64,000 nt of DNA from Camelus ferus. Lineage: Eukaryota. The first letter of the stretch is position 1. Each line of letters begins with the position of its first letter. Shown in pieces: positions 51,791 through 63,498 of this stretch. The notes under the pieces are model-generated. The model was not told where the DNA came from and did not search any database. It saw only the letters and a list, made by a program, of their open reading frames with translations. The DNA lies in contig NC_045696.1 of assembly GCF_009834535.1 (NCBI RefSeq), positions 19,346,001-19,410,000 of the forward strand, read 5' to 3'. Both the position numbers and the translations under genes were made by a program.

Positions 51791-52565
51791 TATCATAGTT
51801 TATAAATAATGCATAACATATACATGAAAATTAAAAGTATTTCTTCTTTCATTCTGTCTTTAATCTTAATTCATGGAAGTGACTTATGTTAATGGCACTG
51901 GTTTTTATTAACTCTGGTGGATAGTTTTATGACTATTCGTCCATTTCTTAAAGGTTAATATATAACCTTTGGTCAGGATGCACTAACACCCCCCTATAAA
52001 AGATGATTAAATTAGCACCTGAGTCTTTTTTTCTATTTTTATATTTCCAATTCTTATACTCTATGTTCTCAAAGAGTAAAGTATTTATATCCTGTTCTAA
52101 AACTATAAAACTATAATTAAGAGTCTGTTCTCATCTATAGATTGTTTCCAACATTAAAACATATCACTGGTACTAGAATACTAGGATTATGTAAATATTT
52201 ATTATTTTAAGATCAAACTGTAAGATTAGATCCATAGTAAAGGAAAGGCAAACTTTAAACCTCTATCTATGTCACTAAGAGGAAAATATTCCAGATGTAT
52301 TTAAAACAGAGCCAGCTTCATTTTATGAGTTAGGAGAAGGTGACACAAATCAGAACAGTCAATTCAATTTTTAATTCATTGCTTTTATTATTTTCCCACA
52401 TCACACTCCTGCTTTTTAGTGTTTACTCTGAATTGACATGGGTGTTAGTTCTACTGAGAAAGAAATTACTTTTTCTTTCACTGTTTTGTGTCACAGTTGA
52501 TCTAACAGTCTGGTCTCTTTTAATTCCTATTTTTCTCAAAATTTCCAAATATCGGGTCAGAATCC

Positions 52566-53063
52566 TGTGAAAGACATGTAAGATTGGCTCAACAAGAGGA
52601 GAAGCCCACACTCTTCTAATGTGCCTTACTTGGCTGCAGAAGCTGGAAAGTTCAAAATACAGCAAAACCAACAAAGCCTAAATTTCCTGTATTCTCTTGG
52701 AACTTGGGTTCTACAGATCACCTTCAAATGTGAGTCGGAGGGGCAAGGTAGGCTGTGTGCTCAAGCCTTCGTTTTGTTGTTGAGGATTGTGGCATAGAGA
52801 TATTTGCTCTGAAGCCCTTAGTTCTGGTCCTTGCTTCGGAATGCTTGGATGATAGCAAGGGAGTGTGTGCCTGAGGTCGACAGGCAAAAGTTGCTATGCT
52901 GAATTCATTTGCAGTCCTGGAGTCGATCAGTGGCACAACCTAAAGCCTGCTTTCTAGACCTTCCAAAATTTTTCTGGTTACCAAATTCCTTATATTAAAT
53001 ACTTTCTGCTTGAGGTACATAATACGATTTTTTGTCATCTGCAAATAACCTTTGCTTGACACA
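52566..53063 (+). mobile_element. LTR33-like ERVL LTR
   Basis: tgtgaaagac...ctaaatttcctgtattctcttg...aattccttatattaaatactttctgcttga...ctgcaa...tgacaca. Confidence 0.6.
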
Positions 53064-54668
53064 CCTTTTGTATTTGTTCAATAAAGTAGAAATACATAAG
53101 TATATCACATTTATATATATATATATAAATATATTGAAAATGTATCTAGTATAAATCGTTTTATCTCCATGAAACTTTAGAAATTCTGATATTTAATGAG
53201 ACCTTAAGAACAGAAGATATTTATACTCAGTAGCATTTGTTATCTATAAATATTCGTGTTTTTACTAATAATTATGAAACATATAGAGCTAAAGGTATAC
53301 ATATCATTATGAACAATTATACCTTACTTTTATGCATTCTTTGCATAATATGGATTTAATATTTCTTTTTTTAAATACATGTCCCATATATTTCTCACTA
53401 TGAAATCATGGTTAAAATTGTGAAGGAATTTGACAGAGAAATGTTACCCTTACATATATACAGTCTGAGACTAATGGCTTACACTCCATTCTAAATCTGA
53501 CACTTTAGACTATGAAGCACCTATGTGCCCATTGTCACTTTAGTCATCATTTAAATACAGTATCTTGACAGTTGCTGGAGGCATATGCAAGGCCAAGGAT
53601 GGTCTTGATTAAATGCTAATGAGTAATTTTGTCTAGAAACTGATGTTGCAATAGACTGGTTTGAAAGGTGCAATTTGTTAAAATGTTTCATTGGGTACTA
53701 TCAGTGCCCTTCTTACAAAAGCATCACTTACTCTATGGTATATTTGTTTAGTTTTCCTTGCTTTTACCAACAGGAAATTTGGTTTTAGAGAATATAGCTC
53801 AATATGAAAATCTTACCACCTGGAAAAGAAGCACATGAGAGAATCCTTGGGTTGTACATAATTTCACACTTAATACTAATTTTGAGGTAGACACAAAAAC
53901 ATATCCTAATAAGTTTCAGAAGTCATAGCAAGAGAATTAGAGACATAACAAAAGATTTTACAAGGACTTGGAATAGAAGCTAATTCTTATTAATGATTGT
54001 CTCTGGTGCCCAGGGCTTCAGTTGAAAGGCTGAGCATAACAAGGTGATTGAAGAGGGCTGACACATTAATAAAACACATGTACAGACAAGTGCAAACACA
54101 CAAAATAAAGTGGTACCTAGGAGGTTCAATTTCCCTAAATAAAAATTAAGTCTTTTATATTAAAATTACATTGACTAAGTTTTGTGAATTCCCATTTCTA
54201 ATTATAAGCTGGGAAAATACTGCTTCAGAAAAAGAATACTTATATTTAAAGGGATATAAAACTTAGTAGATGAGACATTGTAAAATTTGCATCAGATAAG
54301 TAGAGTCATATTTATCATTTTTAATGTTTATTTCTTTCCCAGTTTGGGTATGAAAAAAGCTAGTAAGTGTTCGATAGGAAACCTGGGGATAGAAGGCAGC
54401 TTATGGGCAATGGGATTGCTAAAGATGGAATACTTCAATTGAAAGATATCTGTCTTCATTAGACTTTGCTTATTCTTTGTGCTGTTTCAGCCTCAAACTA
54501 TTTCTGAATAAAAGAACAGGGGCTGAAATCATGTCATAATAACATAGGCCCTTTTGGAACACATCCATGTCCAAACCAGGATTGCCACTGCCTGCATCCT
54601 AGGGACCACATCAGAAAAAAAAAAAAAAAAAGTTAAATATATTCATACAGAAAGGAACCAGAACAGGG

Positions 54669-54675
54669 GTGTGTG

Positions 54676-54714
<39 letters not shown>

Positions 54715-54716
54715 GC
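54669..54716. repeat. (TG)n microsatellite
   Basis: Direct reading. Confidence 0.97.
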
Positions 54717-55653
54717 AAGAGAACAGCATGTATAAGGAGCATTGGACGGGCAGGTGGAAAGGGAAGATGTCTGGGTGACTCCACATGTGTTACTGCACTC
54801 AAATACTCATCAGAAGGCACTGGCTATCCTCATCATAATGGGACAAAAAAACTCTTCTCAGCTCCCGGGATCCCTTAGTGAGACTAACACTGGTGAAGCA
54901 GTAGTGGTCTTAAGAACTAAGATGAACTTCTCTTTCTAATATAAGCAGCTGGCAGTTAAACCATTACTAAAATGAAGGCCACTAATCAAGCAGCCTTATT
55001 ATATAGAATACTAGTTTCAATCTGATTATACACAGTTAAATAAAACCCTACATGGCATTTTCCTACCACAATCATGAAAAGAAGCTATTTCCAACATAAT
55101 GCACATTTAAAGGTCACATACCTTCCAAAAGAAGAATGCATAATTTAAATCTGCCTGGGAGCAGCTGGAACTTGCCCTCTAGCTATATAAACATCTTTTC
55201 ATTTTAATATTTACTCAAGTATTCATTATACATGGTTAATCCCCCATTTTATCTCCCCCTCCCCTAAAATTGCCCACTCCATGCCTGAAAATACTAAGTG
55301 GTTCTATTTTGAATATTGTTTGAGATTTATGAAACTTTTACTACTGAAAGAGAGTAAAGAGGAAAATTATTTTACTCAGTGATTGCACTTTTGTATTTTT
55401 CAATTTTCATATGCGTGTCTAGATTAATTCAGTTAGTGAGTATGTACCATAACTAGATAATAAACGCTTTTTGTTAACAGATATCCTGAGACTTACCATA
55501 TTTCATTTTTCCTTTATTTTTTTCACTGAATAGTCTTCAAATCCTATGAGGAAAAAATTGCAAACACAGTACCAACTGAAATTGAAAGTGGATAAAACAT
55601 GCATTTAAAGAAATTGCCAAAGGAGAAAACTCAGCATCAAAAATGAACAACAT

Positions 55654-55757
55654 GGAGGCTAGAGGGGTAAAACTCAGTGGGAATGCGCATGCTTAGCATG
55701 AGCCAGGTCCTGGGTTCAATTCTCAGTGCCTCCATTAAGGAAAAAAAAAAAAAAAAA
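55654..55757 (+). mobile_element. Vic-1-type tRNA-derived SINE (older, diverged copy)
   Basis: ctcagtgg...gcgcatgcttagcatg...aggtcctgggttcaattctcagtgcctccattaa then poly(A); aligns by eye with the copy at 10960. Confidence 0.8.
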
Positions 55758-55839
55758 ATTTGAATCCAGACTTGTTTAAATAAAAGAAAAATCCTGTGTT
55801 AAATGAAAAATGATCAATGACCTAAAACATGTAATGAAC

Positions 55840-56025
55840 TGACCTTTATTGAGCATTTAGTATGACCCAGATTCAGTGTTATACAATTTCTAAAATAATT
55901 CTATTTAGTCCAGGCAGTACTTCCATAAGATCAGCTCTCATACCTCTGTTTTAAGAGACTGGGGAGACTGGAACTTGGAGAGCCTCACTGATGTACCTGT
56001 GATCACACAGCTGAAATACTGAGCA
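55840..56025 (-). mobile_element. MIR SINE
   Basis: tttattgagcatttagtatga...ggggagactggaacttggagag...tgatcacacagct. Confidence 0.55.
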
Positions 56026-56029
56026 GTAA

Positions 56030-56418
56030 TGACTACTTCTGCTCACCATATCTGCTCTCTCTGCTTCTGGGTCCTGGGAAGACTCCCAAGCTATCCTAGA
56101 GTTTCCTGGGGCCGTGTGACTATCCTGACTTACGGACCGCGAGCCAAGGGAGCACGTATCACTTCTGGCAAAAGTCAGTTAGGAGCCCTTGTGAGTTGTC
56201 CACATTTTCTTTCACCTGTGCTGTGTCTATTGTGGCCATAAGATGACTCAGCAGAGCTGTAAGATCAAAGTGGTCTCCAGCACTGAGGCTGCTGTGGACA
56301 TCCACCCAGCAGCACTGGACTTAGAATGAGACAGTGAACACTTGCTTGGTTAAGCCACAGGAACTTCAGAGTATACTGGTTAAGCCACAACCTAATCTCT
56401 CTGTCTTGACAAAAATAT
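56030..56418 (+). mobile_element. Old MaLR MLT1 LTR fragment
   Basis: ctggactt...tgaga...ttaagccacag...cacaaccta...ttgacaaaaata resembles the 3' end of MLT1J/K. Confidence 0.5.
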
Positions 56419-56512
56419 AAAAAGTAACTTAGTACCTTTTCCTGGAATTATTAAATAACAATGAGAAAGGTCACCTTATAGAGCAAGTATATTTTAAAAG
56501 CAACATTGCATA

Positions 56513-56685
56513 CTGCACTGAACGATAGAGTAGCAACTAGCTTCCTGTAGCAATTTTAATTTGAATTAATTAAAATGACAAAATTTAACTTTTACTTAAA
56601 TGTAAAAGTCACGTGTTTAATAGTCACACATGGCGAGTGTTTCTTGTATCGAACAGCACAGAACATTCCTGGTATCACTGACAAT
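56513..56685. mobile_element. MER3-like hAT-Charlie MITE
   Basis: tagcaactagc...tttaatttgaattaatt...aatagtcacacatggc...gaacagcacagaacatt. Confidence 0.6.
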
Positions 56686-57443
56686 GTCACATATTACGAG
56701 GGGCTGATTCCCTGTTTATTGTCTCATTGTAGGTGTAGGCTGTGACCCCAGTATTAAGTGGACATTGAAACAAATGGCTTCTGAAATTCCTTTGAGTCAT
56801 GAATCCTTTGAAAAAGGACTATAGACAGCTACTAATAATAAAGTTGTTTGGGGGAAAAATAAAAAAGAGAGTCACAGGTTTTCTTTCCAAAAATGTCCCT
56901 GCTTTTTAGAAAACATATGTATTTAAAATCTTGACTCTCCCTATATGATACCTAATTGTGCTGGGAACTATTAGAATTTATAGAGCTTCCCGAGTAATAC
57001 AGCACTACTAAATGACTATGGGTCTGTGCACACGGCCTCAAATGCACACATGCCATGTCTCTGTCCATCAGCATCTCTGGTAATAGAATTTCACTGCAGG
57101 TAGAAAGAAAAGACATAGACCTTTTTAATTAAAGCAAAATCTCAAAAGATTTGTTTCTTATTACTACTAAATCTGAGCATGTGACTTTTTTCCTCGTGTG
57201 AAAGAAAAGAGGAAAATAATTAACACAAGAAAAGAGTTAGCATAAATGGAGAATGGAAACTTCTGAGCCAAAGCAAAGCCATCTAAGGCATAAATTACAT
57301 CTGTAACATTGAGGCACTTTGGAAAGTTATCTCACCAAAAATTCAAGCTTTTTTCCCCTTACTTTTTTATTCAGCTCTCCATCTCTAAATAAAAAAAACT
57401 CAGAAATAGACTTTCAGAAATTAATATTTCACGAAATTCCCCC

Positions 57444-57636
57444 TAGATAAACAGTAAGTTCCTACTGTATAGCACAGGGAACTATATTCAATACCTGTAA
57501 TAGTCTGTAATGAAAAAGAATACAGAAAGGAATATATATATATATATATATATATAAAACTGAATCACTAGGCTTTACACCAGAAACTAACACAACATTG
57601 TAAGTCGACTACACCTCAAAGAAAATATAAATAAAA
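57444..57636 (+). mobile_element. Lineage-specific L1 3' terminal fragment with (TA)n
   Basis: ctactgtatagcacagggaactatattcaata...acaccagaaactaacacaacattgtaa; approximate TSD gaaattcccc/gaaatttcct. Confidence 0.85.
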
Positions 57637-59529
57637 GAAATTTCCTGGAGAAAAAGTTCTCAGTGTTCCAGCTTCAAATTTTACAACTATCCATCCTTAT
57701 CAAGAAAAACTGAACTATTATGAAATCCATTTAAGCGATACCTGGGGAAATACCAGCAGTTCTTTCCTCCTCAACCCATGAGAGTGGAAATGAGAAAAAA
57801 GAAAAATGGCCACCCGGCCTGCTGGATCCACTCTTGTTCTGAGCAAACGCATTCTCGCAGCACACATGACAGGCTCCATTCTTGACCCCTGATCAGTGTA
57901 ATGCCAAGGGAGAGAGGCCGTGGGCGCAATCTGGCCTGTCTCCAGGAGCATTTTATCACTGACATTGTTTGAAATTGTCAGTATATAATGATGATAAAAT
58001 GTAGAACACATTTTTGTTGGATTTCTTTTTTTTTTTTTAATTCTCCATGGAAAACTTGTCCCCTAATTGCCCACACCACAGGCACACCACCCTCACTGAC
58101 CTACCCACATCTTGGTTGTTCTCAAACTGGTCATACAGACATACTAGTGACATAAGTCCAGGACTGTGCTTGTGGAGGAGGTCAAATATTTACTTTTCTT
58201 GCGGCAAATCTGTGATCCTATGAGAATTCAGCAACATTCTTCTCTTGTAATGACTCCCCTGTTCTCAAGTTATAAATCGTGAAATAAATTCTTTCCATTT
58301 TTTAATGAACTCTCATTTAGTCTCAGATATCCTAAGAAATATTTTAACTTTTTGTGTCTATTTAATACTTCCTTATTTGTTTGTTTTGTCATTTTGGATT
58401 ACCCTAATATTCTTTAGGGCAGAGTTGGTATAAACCACAGCAGCCGAAGTAAGGATCCATTATTTTATAATTTGGTGCCAATAAATTTTAAAGAAATGAA
58501 TTTTCTAACTTTAAGAAAAATGGCTCACAGCAGGCTGAGGGTGAAGTAAAAACAAAACTAAACCAAAACCTTTATAACTATAGGTAAAAAATAGTTAATA
58601 ATACCCACAGTCTAACAGAATATATACTGAAATTCAGAAAAGATGGGATTTTATTCAAGTCATTTTTTTAATGTGAAAAATAAATTAGAGGAAAAACTAA
58701 TGATGGAAAACATAGTAATTCACTTTAAACAGAAAATGTCAGAGTTAGGAATGTTCAATTATTTTCCATTAAATACGAGATATCAAATTGAGTGCCATTG
58801 AGATCAAGTAATATCTCATCACTGTTTTCTGCCTTTACTATAGCTTTCTCATTGTATCCACACCATTTCAGATTCACCATCATAACTCCCATTCTAATGG
58901 TGCTAAACATTAGAGAAATTGCAATTAAAATACAGATACAGATGGAAGAATAGACTGACTGACAAACTGATGAAAGAGAATAACTCAAAGAACACTATGC
59001 TGCATTCTTGGAAAATGGAAAAGACGGGTGTAATGATTAACCACTGGGTACAATGATTATTCAACAGGGTAAGATGAGTAATCAAAACTTGGTGATAAGC
59101 AATCATCTTCCCAATGTTAAGTTTTCCTTCCTTTCTCTTTCTACTCTGTCAGGAATTCGCAAGCCTATTAATCATAACATATAACACAGAAAGCATAGAG
59201 ATTTCAATGAGCTTTTTCTTTATCTCAGGCCTTTCTTTGAGGTTCAACTCAATAAAGTTATAAACTAGAACATTGTAGAACTAAAAAAGGAGTAAATGAC
59301 TGAGATATTTAGAATTACTGAGTTTTTTTTTTTTTTTTTTTTTGAAGGGTTGCAGCAGACAATCAGTGGCACTTGGAAAGATTTTAATCAGTTTTATCTT
59401 AGAAATTTAATATAATATTAGCAAATATTTGGTGGCTTGTGCATAATGCTGAGCTTTATTTATTAAAGTATTGAAGTAAGCATTCCTGAGTATATATTAA
59501 AATAGATAACAGGAAAAACTGATCAGCAA

Positions 59530-59730
59530 AACATAGTGATTGAGAGTGAGAATAAAGGCTGTGGCATCAGATAGAACTGACTTTGAATCCTAGCTTTGCA
59601 GATTATTACTATGTGATATTGTTACATACTTAACTCTTCCAAATCTGTATTTCAGAAACTGTAATGTGAGGCTATCATTACATTTCATAGGATTTTATTA
59701 AGTATTTACCTTATTAATGTACACACAGTG
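59530..59730 (+). mobile_element. MIR SINE
   Basis: catagtgattgagag...tttgaatcctagctttgc...atgtgatatt...acttaactct. Confidence 0.7.
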
Positions 59731-60235
59731 CTACTTATAAGTCTCTAAAACATTTTGGGAATCTACAAAATTCTAGAATATTTTTAGTCTTGGCTTTTGA
59801 ATTGTGTAGTAATCTTGAAAAAATATGAGGGTCAAAATATTCTTTGTCAGCTAGATGCAAACTTCATAAGCTAATGTGTCCATATGATTTTCATATTTAT
59901 TTGCTGTTATGTAGGAGACGGTGTGTAGCAAGTAAATATAAAAATCACATTATGTTTCAGAGTTTTTAAGTAGATTTCACTGTGTTTTAAAATCAGAAAA
60001 AAAAAACAAAAAAAAAAAAAACAAGGAGGAGGTGAGGGGAGAGAGGTAGGAGATTTAAGTTACCCTAAAGTGCAAACTAGTTTAAGCATAATGACCTGAA
60101 ACAAAACAAAACAAACTTAACAAATGAAAAAAAAGCAGGCTGCAAAACATTTATATTTCAAGTAAAATATTATCTGACTGTAGTTTTTTAACTCACTAAC
60201 TTGTAACTGTTCTTTAGAAGTAGTAAATCATATAT

Positions 60236-60700
60236 TGTTACGGAAATGACAGGCCAGTCAAGAAACAAGCACCACTCAGCGGGTTGGAGTACTCAGGTGT
60301 ATTACGCCGGTGGGCTCAGAGGGGCTTCTGCTCCGAAGCTCTGAGCACCTCCAAGACGTGCACATGAGGTTTTATAGGGTAAAGTACAAGCTTGGGGTAT
60401 TAGGCCAATAGGCATGGAACAGCTTTAGCAGCATTATCATCACAAAGGTGGAGGCGGGGAGGCAGCAAACCAACATTCCAAAGCCAGATATGTATCTTTG
60501 AAAATCCAGCGGGCTAGCGAAAAAACATGAACAGCAAACCAACACTAATTAACCTAGATTTACAAGTTAGTCTAGCAGAACTCAGATCAGTATTCCAATA
60601 CTTAGATTTGTGAGTTATCTTGTTAGACCAGCCCAGCCTCTCCTTCACATTCCCAGACTTATGAGTTATCTTGTCAGACCAGCCCGGTTTTTCCTTCACA
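60236..60700 (-). mobile_element. Young ERV1-class solo LTR
   Basis: TG...CA with perfect TSD atat; many CpGs retained. Minus-strand TATAAAA at 60370-60376, CCAAT box at 60405-60409, poly(A)-site position reads AATACA (60298-60303). Confidence 0.9.
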
Positions 60701-61784
60701 ATATAATTATTGCATTTGGTAAATGTATTATCAAAGTGATTAGTCCCTTAAAATATTGGCAACTGATAAAAAAACTAGTTATTTCTTTTAAAGGATATAT
60801 AATAATAGTAACAATAGAGGCATCTCAAATGGGGTATATTATGTACTGAATAGCAAGGATCAGGGCAGAAAGTGAAATGCGAAACCTGCACTTTCCTGCC
60901 AAAATCAACATCAAGAGTACAGTTTCAATATATCAACAGTATCTATTACATTAGTATAATGTTTCTGTGTCAAATTTTATTGACATTGTCATTTTGTTTG
61001 TTATTAATGCATTTGTTTGGCTGTGTGTGTGAATAAGAACCTTAAACCTACCAAGTTTTCATTGTATTTTGCAGCTAAGCAAATAACATTGTATAAAAAC
61101 AGTAACAATGATCTTCAAGATTTTGGTATACAGACAAATTACTTTCTAATAATCAATAATTAAAGCAACGACACGATGTCATAATTGATTTTCAGCACAT
61201 TAAGAAACTATGTGACATGAGGACTTTAAATGTTTGTGTTTGTTAATTTTTGTTTAGGTTGGTAAGATTCACCTTTCTGTCAGTAATGTTTTTCTCACCC
61301 TGCATTTCTGTGGTGTAAATTTTGTTTTTGTGTCAAGGATTTCCAAACCCTCAGGATAAAACAATCTAGTGTCAAGTAAAATAAAAAAGAAAAAGGAAGC
61401 ATAATTTTCCATTTTAGGAATAAAAAATAATACTTACAGCATTTATCTTATCTTTTGAATAATTTAGTAGAGAGACAAAATTACATTGCATAACAATAAG
61501 ATGTTGCATATTCTGGGTGTAAACAAAGAGGAAGCAGAATGGCCTCTTTTACAATTGGAGTGTGAAATACAATTTAGGAAGAGTGCATCCTGACAGGAAG
61601 AAAAGAAGGTTCTGAAGGAGATTAAAAAGAAAAAAGAGAGAGAGAGATGTTAGAAACAGAGAAAGAACAGAGCAGAGGATGGGTCAAGATTTGCTGAGTG
61701 AGGAGAAATTAGAGGCAGGAGAGAGGAATATGGCAAGCCAGGAGGAACCAGAAGGGATGGAAAAGAATCATTTATTTATCACTT

Positions 61785-62265
61785 TGTGAACGAAAAATAT
61801 TGCAAACCACATCAGTAAACAAAGAATGCTGAAACCATCAAGTCATATCAGCGACTGCCGCCACCCTGCAGTGAAGACAAGCCTGCAGCCCGGCCTCTGC
61901 AGCCACTCACAATGGTGCACCCTGAGGGGACTCAGAATAAGAAAGGACAGGATACCAGCCCTAGATAGCTAGGTGCTTGTCAAAGGAATGAATTCAATGA
62001 GCCCAAAGGTCTGCTTCCTCCCATACATAGAAAAGCACTAAATTCTTTAACTTGAGATGCCTGGTTTTCTTTAGATAACAAGTAATCTTTTATTGTTCCA
62101 ACTACCTGGTCTCTGTTGTAAAGCTCCTGTATATCCTAGCTCCTCCCCTACCTCTTCAGAGCAGTCTCTCAGAGCCATCTGAGAGGCTGTCATCCCGGCT
62201 CGAGTCCTCCAGCCAAATAAAACATAACTCTCAACTTTTAAGCTGCACATTTATTTCAGTCGACA
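61785..62265 (+). mobile_element. ERV1 solo LTR (MER34/MER39-related, artiodactyl type) inserted in an L2 tail
   Basis: tgtgaacg...ttcagtcgaca; aataaa near 62217; TSD actt/cctt; reversed L2 continues to about 62470. Confidence 0.8.
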
Positions 62266-62580
62266 CCTTCACTCATTCAGTCCTATAGCATATGATAACT
62301 AGTTTACCAAGAAGACAGTGAGCTCTGGTTGGGTGCTAGGCTCTGAGTTAGACACTGTGTCTATGGCAGGGAATAAACTGAACAGTTTGCTTACAGTCTA
62401 GTAGATGAGATAAACATATGGATAAATAAATTTAAATACAGCATTAACTTTAATCACTATAAAAGAAAACAGAAAAACAGGGTACCTACTCTTGGAAATC
62501 TTGCTCACTCAATATATATGTACACCATCAGGTAAGAAAAGAATGTTTACCAAACTATGCCTTTAAGCTTCTTCTGTAAC

Positions 62581-62804
62581 TGAAGGGAGCAGAACCCTGC
62601 ACCCCCACCCCTGCTTCTTGTTTACAGAAAATCCCTGAGTCACAGAAGAGCAGGCTCAAGCAGTTGATTAAGACAAGCCCGCAGGCACTGGGGGATGACT
62701 CTGACCTCCCATCTCAATGAGTGGCTGAGATTATTTCTTCATTTCCCTTTAAAACTTTCATGGCTGAACAGAATCCTTGGAATTTTTTGTGTTTTGTTTT
62801 GTTT

Positions 62805-62835
<31 letters not shown>

Positions 62836-63498
62836 GGTGGGAGGGCGGTGCTGGGCCCGCCACATTTTAGGCATTCTGATTAAAGGCAACTTTCCTTTTT
62901 GTTGCCAAGGCTGTTGTCCCCAGTTCATACCCCTGCCCCTCCCTCAGCTAGAAACCAATTACTCTTATCTAATCTCAGGAGGCAGCTGCAGAGAAGAAAT
63001 AAGAACTGGTTAGAACAGAGTCCAAGATGGTGGAGGATTTGACTTCCGGTGGACCTTGAGCCTTATCATATTCTCATTGTAATGTATCAGCATGCTCAAC
63101 GACACACCCGCCAGTTGACAAATGTCATTACAGCCACGGAAAAGCCCATACAAGGACTGAAAAGCTTGGACAAGGAATGATAGGTTCATCACATCAGGAA
63201 GGAGGGCATGATGGCAGAAGCCGCTCATAAAAGTCCACGCGGCCTGACATGGGCCGGAACTGTCTCTACTGGCCCTCTTGGCTGACGGCTCCCTGCTCGA
63301 GTGCCTTTTCCTCAGTTAAGTGCTTTTTTCCCTTCCCTTCTCCCTGCTGGAACACATTCCCTCCATTCCCCCTTCTGAGCAATAAAGGATTTGTTCACTT
63401 CGTCCCTCTGCTTCTGCTGTGAGAATTTTTTCACTGATGGTGGAAGAACCCACACTTTGGTGGGCTTCCTAATTTAGGGGTCCCTTCATCCACTAACA
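62581..63498 (+). mobile_element. Long composite ERV1-class solo LTR
   Basis: tgaaggg...ctaaca with perfect TSD taac (62577-62580 and 63499-63502); AATAAA at 63381; internal (TTTTG)n at about 62784-62835. Confidence 0.8.

Noticed and set aside
58872..59068. Plus-strand exon (catttcag|...AGG|gtaaga)
   Set aside because: I found no frame open across it and no recognisable peptide or supporting neighbouring exons.
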